Source: a virus
Taxonomy: Duplodnaviria > Caudoviricetes
DNA: 63,394 nt
IMG/VR virus record: IMGVR_UViG_3300028588_000025
Span: 1-63,394 of that record
Strand: one strand, 5' to 3'
Shown here: in pieces, positions 28,258-39,212 of the stretch
Layout: each line of letters opens with the position of its first letter
Position numbering within the stretch: position 1 is the stretch's first letter
Program-made: the position numbers and the translations under genes
Notes under the pieces: model-generated
What the model saw: only the letters and a program-made list of their open reading frames with translations
Told to the model about the DNA's origin: nothing
The model's database searches: none

Positions 28258-28572
28258 ATGGCCCAGCCAGAAGCCAAGCTTCAGAGAAAGATCCAGGATG
28301 CCCTGAGGGCTGCGGGTCACTTCGTCTTCAAGGTTCATGGCAGCGAGTTTATGATGGCCGGCCTGCCCGACCTGATCGTCTGCGCTGACGGTCGCTTCGT
28401 CGGGCTTGAGGTCAAGCTCCCTGCAACGCGTGAGAACGTCTCGCCCCGTCAGGCATATGTGCACTCGCTCATCCGCGCGGCGAAGGGTGAGGCAACCGTC
28501 GTCTGCTCGCCGGCAGAGGCCCTCGCTGCCATCGACATCGCACTGAAGCAGGTTCTGCCGACTCATGAGTAA
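28258..28572 (+). CDS. VRR-NUC nuclease / resolvase
   Basis: EAKLQ..KVHG..GLPDL..LEVK..SPRQ motifs. Confidence 0.9.
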   Translation: MAQPEAKLQRKIQDALRAAGHFVFKVHGSEFMMAGLPDLIVCADGRFVGLEVKLPATRENVSPRQAYVHSLIRAAKGEATVVCSPAEALAAIDIALKQVLPTHE

Positions 28573-28801
28573 CAAGGAAGACATCAGCTATCAGCTCGCT
28601 CGACTCGAGTGGGCCGCTGGCCTCAACGAAATGAACGTCCGTGCGCTAGCTGCGGATTACCTCAGAGGGGCCCGCGACCATTGCAGCATCGATGCCTACC
28701 GCGAATATGAGCGGCGCTTCGGGAAGCTCGACCAGGTCAAGCATAAGCGACCTCGGGCTGGGAAGTACGCTAAGCGCTCAAAAGGGTCAACCGATCAATG
28801 A
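28565..28801 (+). CDS. Hypothetical protein
   Basis: ORF overlapping the end of VRR-NUC. Confidence 0.5.
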   Translation: MSNKEDISYQLARLEWAAGLNEMNVRALAADYLRGARDHCSIDAYREYERRFGKLDQVKHKRPRAGKYAKRSKGSTDQ

Positions 28802-28936
28802 CCTGCGAAGCGCACGAACGGCGATTAGGGACCAACCCAGCTGCCGATACGATGATGCTTCGCACCGATCATGCACGCATGACGCCACCGAACAGCCCCG
28901 ACCGAATCAATGGCCGGGGCTGCTTGGTGTGGAGGG

Positions 28937-29347
28937 CTACTTGGACGAGGCCTCGAAGATGCTCTCTTCGTACCTGATCATGTCCTGCTCGTACTTCTTG
29001 CGGGGGCTGAATTCGATCTTGGCCCCCAGCGAGTCGTCGTCAGCTTCCGCGTCACGGTAGTCGACGAACCGCCGGCGGCCGATGCGGAAGGGCTTGGGGT
29101 CGAGCTCGAGGTCGAGCTCCGCCTCGTCGTGCTGCTTCTTCTGCGAGTCGTGACGCATGCGGTTCATGTGGGACTCCCAGTCGAGCCCGAGGGCCTCCGG
29201 CGTGTAGTTCTGGAGGAGCACCTCCATGTGGTTGATCTTCGATCGACGGGACTGGCTCGATCGCATGGGCAGGGGCGTGCCCTCCTTGACGGGGTGCTGG
29301 AACTTGATCCCGGCGGCCTTGCGGGCCTTGCGCGCTGCGTTGCCCAT
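28937..29347 (-). CDS. Hypothetical basic protein
   Basis: Coupled to the upstream minus gene; strongly biased codons. Confidence 0.7.
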   Translation of the reverse strand: MGNAARKARKAAGIKFQHPVKEGTPLPMRSSQSRRSKINHMEVLLQNYTPEALGLDWESHMNRMRHDSQKKQHDEAELDLELDPKPFRIGRRRFVDYRDAEADDDSLGAKIEFSPRKKYEQDMIRYEESIFEASSK

Positions 29348-29679
29348 CAGTCCTGCTCCCCGTTGATCGCGAGGTCGAGGTCGGCCTGCTCGACGAGGTT
29401 CTTGGCGGCCTCGCGCTTCGCCTTGACATGGGCGCGGGCCTTGGCCTCGGCCTGAGCCTTGGCCGAGTTGCGGCGGTGCTCCTCGGCGCGTCGCTGCACC
29501 TCGCTGTCCTTGGCCCGGGCGAGGGCCCGGAGGATCTTGCTGGGCTTGCCGTGCAGCTGACCCGCGGTGAGGCCGAACTCGTCCTGCAGTTCGGCGATGT
29601 TCGAGCGGTGCTGCTGCTGGTTGCGCTCGAAGTTCTTCTGGTGACGAGCGTTGAACTTCTTCTCAGCCTTGCGTGCCAT
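29347..29679 (-). CDS. Hypothetical helical protein
   Basis: GAAAGGA RBS; strongly biased codons. Confidence 0.7.
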   Translation of the reverse strand: MARKAEKKFNARHQKNFERNQQQHRSNIAELQDEFGLTAGQLHGKPSKILRALARAKDSEVQRRAEEHRRNSAKAQAEAKARAHVKAKREAAKNLVEQADLDLAINGEQD

Positions 29680-29816
29680 TGGTACTGTCCTTTCGGTACA
29701 GCTGCGATTTGCAGCAGTGCCCCCGCCTGGTCATGCTCCAGGTCAAGCTTCGGGTAAGCGCGTCACCCACTGCCGTTCGGGCGGTGAGGTGGGTGCCGGG
29801 GGCTGTTCAGGGGGTG

Positions 29817-30551
29817 TTACTCGTCGAGCTCGAGGTCCTCGTCGTCGATCTCGTCGTCGTCGATCTCGTCGTCCTCGGCCGGCTTGGCAGCGGGCTTGGC
29901 CTTCGCCTTGGCCTTGGGTGCCGGCGTGTCGTCGAGCTCCTCGTCCTCGTCGAGCTCCTCGATCTCGACCTCGGGAGCGGAGGACTTCGCCTCGGGGTCG
30001 GCGTTCTTGCCCCGCTTGGCACCCCGGCCGGCGTGACCCGCCTTCCAGGCCTCGAACTCGGACTTGATCTTGGGCAGGTCGCTGTCGCTGAACTCGTAGC
30101 GACCACCCGAGCCGACGGCCTCGAAGGTCGAGGCGGGGCTGCGGAGGAACTGGCGCAGGGTCTTCGCCTCGGTGCCGAGGTAGGTCGCGACCTGCTTCGC
30201 GGCGATCGTGGGCTTGCCGTCGGCGTCGACCTTGGGCTTCGCCGGCGCCTTCGCCTTGGCGGTCTTCGCCTTGGGCTTCGGGGCCTCCTCGACGTCGTCC
30301 TCCTCGTCATCGACCTCGAGTTCTTCGTCGTCCTCCTCCTCGTCGTCGACCTCGTCGTCCGACTCGGTGTCGGTGTCCTCGGCCTCGTCGGGCTCCAGGT
30401 CATCGACCTCCTCGTCGTCCTCGATGTCGAGCAGGGCCTCGATGATGCCGCCCTTGGCGAGCCCGGTGAGGTCGATGGCGTGCTCGGCAGCCAGGTCCTT
30501 CAGCTCGGGGAGGCGCTTCTTCTTGAGTTCCTCTTCGGTGTAAGCAGCCAT
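29817..30551 (-). CDS. Acidic protein with N-terminal Rho_N/HeH-like module and central HTH-like domain
   Basis: EELKKKRLPELKDLAAEHAI..K..IIEALL; AAKQVATYLGTEAKTLRQFLR..GSGGRYEF; own promoter TTGACA-17-TAAAGT (30640-30612). Confidence 0.75.
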   Translation of the reverse strand: MAAYTEEELKKKRLPELKDLAAEHAIDLTGLAKGGIIEALLDIEDDEEVDDLEPDEAEDTDTESDDEVDDEEEDDEELEVDDEEDDVEEAPKPKAKTAKAKAPAKPKVDADGKPTIAAKQVATYLGTEAKTLRQFLRSPASTFEAVGSGGRYEFSDSDLPKIKSEFEAWKAGHAGRGAKRGKNADPEAKSSAPEVEIEELDEDEELDDTPAPKAKAKAKPAAKPAEDDEIDDDEIDDEDLELDE

Positions 30552-30844
30552 TAGTTCGTCTCCTTGGTCATGTTGGTCGGTTGATCGCCTTCGGTGTGGG
30601 GCGATACTTTGACTTTAGATGATGCCCGAGGCGATGTCAAGGCATTCGGCAAAATTGCCTCGGCAGGGCACGCGGTATCAAATATATCGGTTGTGAGCGG
30701 CTGGTGACAGAACCAACAACCCAGCATCGCCATCTCGGTCGAAAGCTCCTCGGCGAGGTCGTCGATATAGACTGCCAGGTCCACACCATCCCTCTCGACG
30801 ACGATCGCGGTGGCTTCCATCTTGACCCACTGATGGTCAGTCAT
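30551..30844 (-). CDS. Hypothetical protein with CxxC
   Basis: Overlap coupling with neighbouring genes. Confidence 0.5.
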   Translation of the reverse strand: MTDHQWVKMEATAIVVERDGVDLAVYIDDLAEELSTEMAMLGCWFCHQPLTTDIFDTACPAEAILPNALTSPRASSKVKVSPHTEGDQPTNMTKETN

Positions 30845-31163
30845 TTTCACCCTGACTGGGGTCGATCCAGGTCGGGGTGTTGTCTTCACCCAGGGCCTTG
30901 TTTAGGCGCCGCTGGGCGTTGCGGATCGCCTGCTGCATGTCGCTCAGGCGCTTGAGCTCGGAGGCGAAGTCGGCGCGCATGATCTTGATCTGCTTGCCGG
31001 AGAGCTCATCGACGTAGCCCTCCACCTTGTCCTTGGTCTTCAGGTCCCAGTTGCCATGGGCGAGCTCCTTATTGGCTCTCATGATCACCTCCGCTGCATC
31101 ACTGCTGTCGGCGATGTGCGAGCCGAGCTGGATGTTGTCGATGTGTCCATTTGCGTGAGCCAT
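30837..31163 (-). CDS. Hypothetical protein
   Basis: TAATG coupling; GAAGGTG RBS. Confidence 0.65.
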   Translation of the reverse strand: MAHANGHIDNIQLGSHIADSSDAAEVIMRANKELAHGNWDLKTKDKVEGYVDELSGKQIKIMRADFASELKRLSDMQQAIRNAQRRLNKALGEDNTPTWIDPSQGEND

Positions 31164-31717
31164 TAGTGCACCTTCGGTCGGTTGGGGTCCCATTTCTGGG
31201 CGGTCAGGGGGTTGCGCAGGTCGACGACCCGCTCGCTTGCACCGCAGATGCTGCAGCGCATGGCCAGCTCGCTCGCGGGCAGGGTATAGGTGCCCAGGAT
31301 CTTTGCCGGCAGAACGGCCGATCGGAAGACCGTGGGTCGGCGGCAGTGAGGGCACCAGTAGTGGGGCTCCATGTCAGCCTCGATGGGCGCCTTCCACATG
31401 CGGGTGGTCAGGACGGGCTTGCCCTTGCCGGTGGTCTTGCCCTTGAGCCGGTAGGTCTTCACGGGCGGCATGAAGCCGAGGGCGGGGCAGTTGATCGCCG
31501 CATCATCGATCTTGGGCATTAGTCGCTTCAGGGCGGCGAAGGCCTCTCGGTAGGTGCCGTAGCGCTTCGCCTTCCACTTCGACTGCCCTTTCATGCGAAC
31601 CATCAGCTTCCAGGGCAGGTTCTCGGGGGTGTAGTGTGCGGGCAGCACGGGCACCTTGGTGAAGAACGCCTTGTACTGCTCATCCTTCAGCAGCTCACGA
31701 ATCGTGATCATGCTCAT
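31163..31717 (-). CDS. Hypothetical Zn-ribbon protein
   Basis: GAGGAGG RBS; WCPHCRRP..CSICG. Confidence 0.75.
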   Translation of the reverse strand: MSMITIRELLKDEQYKAFFTKVPVLPAHYTPENLPWKLMVRMKGQSKWKAKRYGTYREAFAALKRLMPKIDDAAINCPALGFMPPVKTYRLKGKTTGKGKPVLTTRMWKAPIEADMEPHYWCPHCRRPTVFRSAVLPAKILGTYTLPASELAMRCSICGASERVVDLRNPLTAQKWDPNRPKVH

Positions 31718-31752
31718 GGCTACCTCCTCATCATTTGAATGGCCATGCCCCT

Positions 31753-31837
31753 ACCCTATCAACTCGATGCCTGTAGACAAAGGTCGGGAAGGAATTTGTC
31801 ATGCTCATTTGACACCAACGTTCTCATCACATAGGGT
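31753..31837. promoter_or_regulatory. Divergent promoters
   Basis: Plus: TTGACA (31809), 17 bp, TAGGGT. Minus: TTGTCT, 16 bp, TAGGGT. Confidence 0.6.
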
Positions 31838-31910
31838 TGATCCATTGCACGCAACGAAACGTGCCTTGTCACGCAACGCAACAGCCCCCGTCACGAAAGA
31901 AAATTGCCTC

Positions 31911-32500
31911 ATGACGAAAGACCTGACCCCAGAAGAAAAAGCGCAGGCCGTCGAGGTGGCCGCACTCTTCAGCGGGTGGACTGCCAACCCTCAGACCAAG
32001 CAACCCGGTCACCTGTACATCTGTGCGGGCGAATCGCTGCTCGACAAGTACACCCTCACCCCGAAGGAGAACCTCTGATGCCTCTCGACGCGCGCTCGAA
32101 ACTCGATCGACTCAAGCGGCTGAAGCCCGGCGACCCCGACTTCGCCATCTTCAAGGCTGGTGTGGAGGAGGGGTTCAACCGAGGCCGGAAGCTCTCGCTC
32201 GATTACCTCCAGGAAAAGTACCTCGGCGAGGATGCCCCCGACCGGGGGACGCCCGAGGCCAACGCCATCCTCACCCTGGCTCGTGAGCTGACTCAGCACG
32301 TGAAGGACAACTCGTGAATGAGTACAACGAGATCAGGGACGATTTTGGCTAGGGTCCTCCAGCTGAATGACGAGGGCGAGATTGTCGTTGACAAACCGAC
32401 CCTCAACCGAGTCAGGGTGCGCTTCCCCACCGAAGCAGAGCAAGCAGCGGGCATGACTGAGGTGCCCCGATCAACACGCCTAGAAGAGGACCCTGAGTAA
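31911..32500 (+). CDS. Three small hypothetical genes (31911-32078, 32078-32317, 32318-32500)
   Basis: Translational coupling into the primase gene. Confidence 0.6.
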
Positions 32501-34596
32501 TGGCAAGTAAAGGCGAGATCGAACGCGCACTGCGCATCATCTCCCAGTCCTGGGGACGCAAGCAGGAGGGGTATGCATTCTTCCCCTGGATCGATCGCAA
32601 GATCCAACGCGAGACGGGTGAGCGACGCAAGGGCTTCATGGAGGGGCCGGCCTTCCTCTGGCCTCGTGATCGCGAGAAGATCGTCGACCACATCCTCGAG
32701 CACAACACCGATCAGAAAGAGCACGACATCTACTGGTCGACTCAGCTGTTCGAGGCGCCCATTCGACGCGAAGACACCGCCATGACTGAGATGGCCCTCT
32801 TCGCTGACCTCGACAAGGTCGATCCTTCCACCATCGATGACTACCAGCCCACCATCGCCTGGGAGACCAGCCCGGGCAGTTATCAGGCGCTCTGGGTAGC
32901 GGGTCAGGGTGACTTCCTCGGCAGCAGCTGGCCGGGCAACGAGAACCAGCGTATGACCTACTACACCGGCGCCGATGCTGGTGGGTGGCACACGACCAAG
33001 CTGCTTCGAGTCCCTTACACCACCAACTACAAGCCCGCCCTGCGCGACAAGAACGGGAAGTACCCCAAGGGCCAGCTGCTCTGGTCCGATGGGCCCAAGT
33101 ACCTGCCTGGTGACTTCGCCGACCTGCCCGAGGTTCAGACTGGGGCTGACACCAACCTGAGCGAAGCGCTCTCATCCGATATCGATGGTGTGGACCGCCT
33201 CGCGGTTATCGCCTCGGTCAAACTCAAACTGAATCACCGAGCTAGGGAGATGCTCAATGCACGTGAAGCTTCGGGCGACAAGAGCGATCAGCTCTGGTAT
33301 CTCACACGCTGCCTTGCAGATGCGGGCCTATCGACGGCTGAGATCGTCGCGGTCGTACGGGAGACGGTTTGGAATAAGTTCGCAGACCGGCACGATGAGA
33401 TGCGTCGCCTCATCACAGAGGCAAGTAAGGCTATCGCTAAGCGATCTGACGAGACGATCGCAAAACTTGAGTCGGATGATGCCGATGAGGACATCGAGCG
33501 GATGGGCCCTCAGCGCCTTGGTTTTCTCCTCAAGAATATCAAGAAACCGAAGTACCTTGTACAAGGCATCCTCACCGAAGGTGCTTGCGGGTTCATCGCG
33601 GGTGAGCCCAAGTCGTACAAGTCGTGGGTGGCACTCGACCTCGCTCTTTCTGTCGCCACTGGCGCGGACTTTCTTGGTGAGTTCAGGGTCGCCAACCCCG
33701 GCCCAGTACTTTATATCCAGGAGGAGGACCCTGCAACGACGCTCAAGAATCGCAGCGCAAAGATCTGGGTCAACAAGAGCACTGACAAGTTCGAGCTAGT
33801 CAGGAACGATAGCGAAGCGGGACTCTACTGGCTGCCTCCCACACAGGATGAGCAATTCGACCCCGAGATCAACGCCATGATCCAGGCGGGCGTCATCCTG
33901 AGCAACGAGGCTTGGCAGTTGCACCTGGATGAGGTGCTCGCTGCAGGCATGGATGGCGAGCCCTACCGCCTCATGATCATCGACACTCTCATGATGACCG
34001 CTGGCGATGTCGATGAGAACCGCTCGCAGGAAATGACCACCAAGATTTTCAAGCCGCTCAAGGTCCTGTCTCGCAAGTACAACGTTGCAGTCCTGGTCGT
34101 CCATCACATGGGCAAGTCGGAGAAGTCGCGACCCGGTCAGCGCATGCTCGGGGCCGTGGCCAACCACGCTTGGGCCGAGGACAGCATCTACCTGGCTCGC
34201 TCAGGCATGAAGGACATCCGAATCGACCTCGAGTCGAAGACCGTGCCGGCGCAGACCTTCCGCATGACCGAGGTGCACAACCTGTGGTGGACGCCTCAGA
34301 TCGCACCCTGGTCGGAGGAAAAGGCTCAGGCCGAGGCTGATGAGCAGGGTCAGGCAGGCGGCCAGGGACAGACCCGCAGGCCTCCGAGACGCAAGAAGAC
34401 GGCCAACCCTCAGACCAATGCAGCAATCGATGCACTCCGTGAGGCAGGTAAGCCTTTGTCCACGAGCGAGCTTGCTGATATACTGAAGGTCAACCGCTCG
34501 ACTGTGCATAAGCAGATGACCCGGTTGCTCGACCAGGAAAAGGTGGATAGGGAAATGATCGAGGGCGGCTCGAACGTCTGGAAATTGACTCCCTAA
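32500..34596 (+). CDS. Primase-helicase (RepB-like primase + RecA-type AAA helicase + C-terminal wHTH)
   Basis: LFADLD, WETSPGSYQALW, LLRVPYTTNYK; GEPKSYKS, YIQEED, MIIDTL, VVHHMGK; LSTSELADILKVNRSTV. Confidence 0.9.
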   Translation: MASKGEIERALRIISQSWGRKQEGYAFFPWIDRKIQRETGERRKGFMEGPAFLWPRDREKIVDHILEHNTDQKEHDIYWSTQLFEAPIRREDTAMTEMALFADLDKVDPSTIDDYQPTIAWETSPGSYQALWVAGQGDFLGSSWPGNENQRMTYYTGADAGGWHTTKLLRVPYTTNYKPALRDKNGKYPKGQLLWSDGPKYLPGDFADLPEVQTGADTNLSEALSSDIDGVDRLAVIASVKLKLNHRAREMLNAREASGDKSDQLWYLTRCLADAGLSTAEIVAVVRETVWNKFADRHDEMRRLITEASKAIAKRSDETIAKLESDDADEDIERMGPQRLGFLLKNIKKPKYLVQGILTEGACGFIAGEPKSYKSWVALDLALSVATGADFLGEFRVANPGPVLYIQEEDPATTLKNRSAKIWVNKSTDKFELVRNDSEAGLYWLPPTQDEQFDPEINAMIQAGVILSNEAWQLHLDEVLAAGMDGEPYRLMIIDTLMMTAGDVDENRSQEMTTKIFKPLKVLSRKYNVAVLVVHHMGKSEKSRPGQRMLGAVANHAWAEDSIYLARSGMKDIRIDLESKTVPAQTFRMTEVHNLWWTPQIAPWSEEKAQAEADEQGQAGGQGQTRRPPRRKKTANPQTNAAIDALREAGKPLSTSELADILKVNRSTVHKQMTRLLDQEKVDREMIEGGSNVWKLTP

Positions 34597-34719
34597 TCGC
34601 TTCACATCGCTGACCGATAAATGATGCGCGAATGGCGTACAGGTCGATCAGCACTGCTTCCAAATCGCCCTACGATATCCCAATCGCGCACCGATCGCGC
34701 CGAATGAAAGGTGAACCGA

Positions 34720-35907
34720 ATGGCTCACATGACCCAGTCTCGAGTGATGACGGCCCCTCGCACGGTGGGTGACCTCAGGGAACTCATCGATGGTCTGCCT
34801 GACAACGTGGTGGTCCTCTTCAGTCACACCCAGGGCGACCGCAACGAGGGGACTCAGTACAGCATCTCGGTCTCGATGGCGCCCATGCCGACGGCCCTCG
34901 AGTTGATCGATGGTCACAAGACCGACCGTGGAGGCTCGCGACCGCCGGAGTTCCTCTAATGCCCATCATGAAGATTCAGGCCGTCATCACGTTCAACGTG
35001 GAGGTGCCCGAGGGCTCGCCTGAGTGGGTCAAGGATCGGGCGGTCACGAGGATCGAGAGGGGCATGAACGACGTCTTCGATGCCCATCCACACAAGCCGA
35101 GCGAGGGCATGACCTTCGACTCCGTCAACGTTTTCAAGATCGAATAGGAGGACGCCCATGAGCGCCAACAACCCCAAGATGCACATGACCGCTGCCGAGA
35201 CGCCTCAGCGCAGCTGGTTCGTCAACAGCCCGACCGACGGCCGAGACCCGGTGGTGGTGAGCTCCTTCTGGAGCCCCGGCTACACCATCGCTCACAAGGA
35301 GACCAAGGAGGAGGCCCTCGCCTACGCCATCGAGAAGCGTATCGAGCAGATCAAGGCCATCCGCAAGGAGCTCGAGGTGCTCAACGAGATGCAGGCGGTC
35401 GAGATGTTCAAGCTGAAGGAGCGGACCGATGCTTGACAACCCGGTCGAGGACTTCAAGGCCCGATGGGCTGAGGCCGACGCCAATGGGCTCGAGGGGCAT
35501 CGTGTGGAGTACGCCCTTGAGCCCCTCGTGGATGAGTTGCTCATCATGCGCTACAAGCTCAGTCAGATCCTCCTGGGCCACTCCAAGGAGATGTTCGGAG
35601 ACTGCGTCGAGGACGGCGAGCCCTACCCCTGCCCGACCGTGCGAATCGCCCGCGCTCACCTTCAGTTCACCCCCGACCCCTCTGACAAGGAGACCCCATG
35701 ATCTACCGACTTCGACTCGTGATCAGCTACTGGTGGGGTCGCTACCGGCTCTACTGGCTGACCTGCCCGGCCTGCAACAGCTCGCCGCCTCAGCCTGAGT
35801 GCTTCGTCTGCAACGGCAGTCGCAAGTACGGGCCTCGCCTGACCAGCACGCGCAAGCAGCTCTGGCTCAACCGCTGGAACGAGGCTCACGGGAGGCTGAA
35901 GTGGTAG
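34720..35907 (+). CDS. Run of small hypothetical genes (34720-34959, 34959-35147, 35158-35436, 35429-35701, 35698-35907)
   Basis: Coupled ORFs with RBSs; YPCPT motif in 35429; CxxC pairs in 35698. Confidence 0.6.
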
Positions 35908-36203
35908 TCCATCGCGGTGTGCTCACTCCTCGAGAGTGGGCCACCGTGGTGTGCATCGCCTCGGGCATGACCCGACAGCAGGCCGCGGATGTCATGGGCG
36001 TGAAGATCTCGACGGTCACCACCCACATGAAGCGTGCGGCCTCGAAGTGGGGATGCTCCCAGGAGGCCATACGGTTGACTGAGGAGGCCGAATTCCAGTG
36101 CGCGGTGATCATGCCTGTGCAGGAAAGGGAGTTGCCCATTGCCCTCTCTGAGCCTTGGGAGTTCCCCCTCGGGCCGGAATACGAGGACTGGCTTGATCAT
36201 TGA
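35901..36203 (+). CDS. LuxR/GerE-type HTH protein
   Basis: LTPREWATVVCIASGMTRQQAADVMGVKISTVTTHMKRAASKWG; GGAGG RBS before GTG. Confidence 0.85.
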   Translation: MVVHRGVLTPREWATVVCIASGMTRQQAADVMGVKISTVTTHMKRAASKWGCSQEAIRLTEEAEFQCAVIMPVQERELPIALSEPWEFPLGPEYEDWLDH

Positions 36204-36346
36204 CCACCGCGAGCCCCCGAAGCCCGAGCTCGCCGATATCATCCGTCCACACCTGACGAACGGGCGAGGCTGGTGCGACGCTTGCCGGCGCAGGGTGCAC
36301 GATGCTGCTCGCCACATCCAAGCTGTGATCGAAGGAGAGGTACCCC

Positions 36347-36845
36347 ATGGCTATCCAACTGACGCCCCGTGAACGACGAGCGAGGCTCAAGAAGCGACAC
36401 AAGAGGGCGAAGAAGGCGGTCAAGCTCGAGTCCTCGAGTTACGAGGATGACAAGCTGCTGGCCGTCAAGTACTGGAAGTACATCGAGCAGCTCGATCGAG
36501 AGATCAAGGAGGGGTGGCAGCATGAGGCGCGGTAAGCGGGCGAAGCAGATTCGCCGAGGCATTCACCTGGGGCGCTACTACACTCGCCTCGGTCTTGACC
36601 AGACCTTCTATCTCCTCAAGTACCCTAGGCTGGTCGAGTATGCCGCCTACACGACCCGCAACCGCATCGAGCGACGCCGGGGTAAGGCCGGGGGTAGGTC
36701 GAGGTTCTGCCACGACATTTTCCCCGGCGATTTCATAGGTCCCCCGATGTACTGCCAGCGGCCCGCGGGTCACTACCCTCAGACACCCCACCAGAATCAA
36801 GGTATGGAGTGGGGGTCCATCGACTGGCGAGACGCCAACATGTGA
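36347..36845 (+). CDS. Two small hypothetical genes (36347-36535, 36522-36845)
   Basis: RBS AAGGAG before each. Confidence 0.55.
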
Positions 36846-37126
36846 CAGCCTGTCCCATACCTCAGGGTGTGGGGCATTGCTGTGTGAGGGCTACACTGGC
36901 CTGCTCTCTCGCGCGGCGTGCGCGTGCACCTGCGGGTGCGCGTATGCGCGGTATTTGTCTTCGTTACGCGCAATAGGCTTCACCATATTGCGTCGTAACT
37001 GCAACGAACGAAACATGCTATGAAGTGCAATGTGATGATTCTGGGGGTTTTCGTTTACAAGTCAGCTATCAGTCTAAAACACGTAAGGTGTTGAACCTAT
37101 TTTGAAAGAAGTATAGGGTTAATTCC

Positions 37127-37483
37127 ATGACACGATACACTATTTTCGCAGACATTTCCAGCTCCCGAGACGCGGACCTGATCGAGCGCTACTTGATCAA
37201 GGCCATGGAGAAGGCAGAGATCAACATCAACTCCATCAAGATCAACGCCAAGGCTACGACGGGACGTAAGGCAATCAACAGGCCGAAGATCGAACGTTGG
37301 CTGCTGCACTACAAGATCGGGTCGATCATCGAGCTCGAGGCAGCACAGGTGGAGAACGATCTGTCGGAAGCAGCGACTCGCAAGGCATTCCGAGGCTTGG
37401 TCGATGACGACTTCCTGAAGCGGTCGTATATGCCGGGAGGAGGGTTGCAGTATACGCTGCTCAAGCACCCAGGTACCCAGTAA
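37127..37483 (+). CDS. Hypothetical protein, possible C-terminal wHTH
   Basis: Promoter TTGAAC-18-TAGGGT just upstream; LSEAATRKAFRGLVDDDFLKR..GG..YTL. Confidence 0.6.
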   Translation: MTRYTIFADISSSRDADLIERYLIKAMEKAEININSIKINAKATTGRKAINRPKIERWLLHYKIGSIIELEAAQVENDLSEAATRKAFRGLVDDDFLKRSYMPGGGLQYTLLKHPGTQ

Positions 37484-38265
37484 GCGACCGGGTAAGTAGC
37501 GGGGGGTCCGATGGAGGGCTCAACGGAGGGCTAGAGGGATGGCTGGAGGGAGAACGACTGGGAATCCGCCTCGAGTGTTGTTGCATTCGTTCCACTCGCT
37601 CTCCGGGGGCTTCGCCCCACGCTCGCGTCACAAATCACATCGACAAGTGGTAGGATTTCGGGGTAGGGGGAGAGGTGATAAATGCACTCAAATACTTCAG
37701 TACTACTGGATGACAGCACGACTTATCGAGGGGCGACGGAGTATGATGAGCTTGATCTGATGTGTTTGGTAGGACTGGATGAGCTTCATGATAGGACTGG
37801 AAGACGGGCAATGCGGAGGACTGGAAGACGGGTGATAAATGGGACCTAAACTGAAGGTCCGAGTTTAAACTTTTCTAGTCCCTTCCAAATGGGACACTTA
37901 GCATGGTGATCATCGGGACGAGATCGATCTATGTTCCGGCTATTTAATGGCCGGATCCTGGATTTTTCCGGGTGAGAGATTTTTTGTTCCAGTCCCGTCC
38001 CGCTCCGGCTCCGTTCCGTAGAGCTCCCGCTCCAGCGATTTAATTACACACGTCATTTAATTACCAAAACTGATATACTACTGCTGCGAGCGCTTGTATC
38101 AGAGACTGATATATCAGAGTCCGAGGAGTGATATACTGGAACGTGATATCCGATATACTGGTATCCAGTGTCTGATATATCGCTAGCTGGTACATGCGCT
38201 CGCGGAATTGATATATCGAGCAAAAATACGCTACACCAGAGCCTCATATATCGAGGCCTGGTATA

Positions 38266-38526
38266 TTACTGGATCGGTCGATAGGTCGGCATTCGGAGCG
38301 GCGGCGCGATGATCTGATGCGCGCCCATCGCTTGCTGAATGAAACGTGTAGCATCCTGATATGTCATATCGATCACCACCTCATGCACTTCGCCCCCATC
38401 CTTGATCTTGAATGTGAATTCGAGATGCGGTATTTCACCCATCGGCCCCTGATATACCGCTCGTGTCGCCGTCGCATTCGGCGATTCGAGAGTGATGCGA
38501 TTGGCTCGCTTTCGGAAAATGCCCAT
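38266..38526 (-). CDS. Hypothetical protein
   Basis: ORF with TTGCAT...TATGAT promoter-like element immediately upstream. Confidence 0.55.
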   Translation of the reverse strand: MGIFRKRANRITLESPNATATRAVYQGPMGEIPHLEFTFKIKDGGEVHEVVIDMTYQDATRFIQQAMGAHQIIAPPLRMPTYRPIQ

Positions 38527-38566
38527 ACCCTATCATACCACCTATCGAGTCGAAATGCAAGGCCGG

Positions 38567-38773
38567 TTAGCGATCGAGCCGAGCGCGAATCGCTCGTTCG
38601 ACGGAGCGAATTGCCTCGAGGATATATGCCTCGCCCTCTTCATCCTCGGCCCATGACGGGAAGTCGGGATCGCGATCGAGTCGCTCTTGCACCTCCTCGG
38701 TGATGATCGCGTCGAGCTTCTCGAGGGCGATCGATGCGATTTCCTGGTAGTGGTCAGTCGTTGATTCGTTCAT
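38567..38773 (-). CDS. Small acidic hypothetical protein (leaderless)
   Basis: TATGAT -10 just upstream of ATG on the minus strand. Confidence 0.55.
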   Translation of the reverse strand: MNESTTDHYQEIASIALEKLDAIITEEVQERLDRDPDFPSWAEDEEGEAYILEAIRSVERAIRARLDR

Positions 38774-39212
38774 GCTTCAATCATATCACGAGTCTCGCGA
38801 TTTACGGGGATATATCGCGGATATATCGCTCGACTTTTTTACTCGACACCCGTCGCTTAGCATCTGATATCTCGGCAACAGCCGTTGCGCTGATCGACAC
38901 GTGTTGCTCTGAGCGACAGCCGTTGCCGACACCTGTCACTGATATACTGACCTCTGATATACGCTGTTTGATATACTGACACCTGTCACTGATATATCGG
39001 CCTCTGCGACAAGCGCTCGCAGTATTTCTATACACGCGCATGCACGCGCGAGCGCGCGATTATATCTGGTGTGGAGGCTAAACTCAAGGCAAAATTGCTC
39101 GAACTTTCTTTGGGTTTTGCCTTGGGTTGAGGGGGTAACCCTGCTATAGTTGAATTATCGCAAGGGGGGGGAACGACCCCCTCCCTGATAATCAAACTAA
39201 GGACTGATTCAA

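Noticed and set aside
35901-36203. LuxR-type HTH as an immunity repressor / temperate lifestyle
   Set aside because: No integrase, parAB or attP was recognised, and the gene lies within a lytic-type operon.
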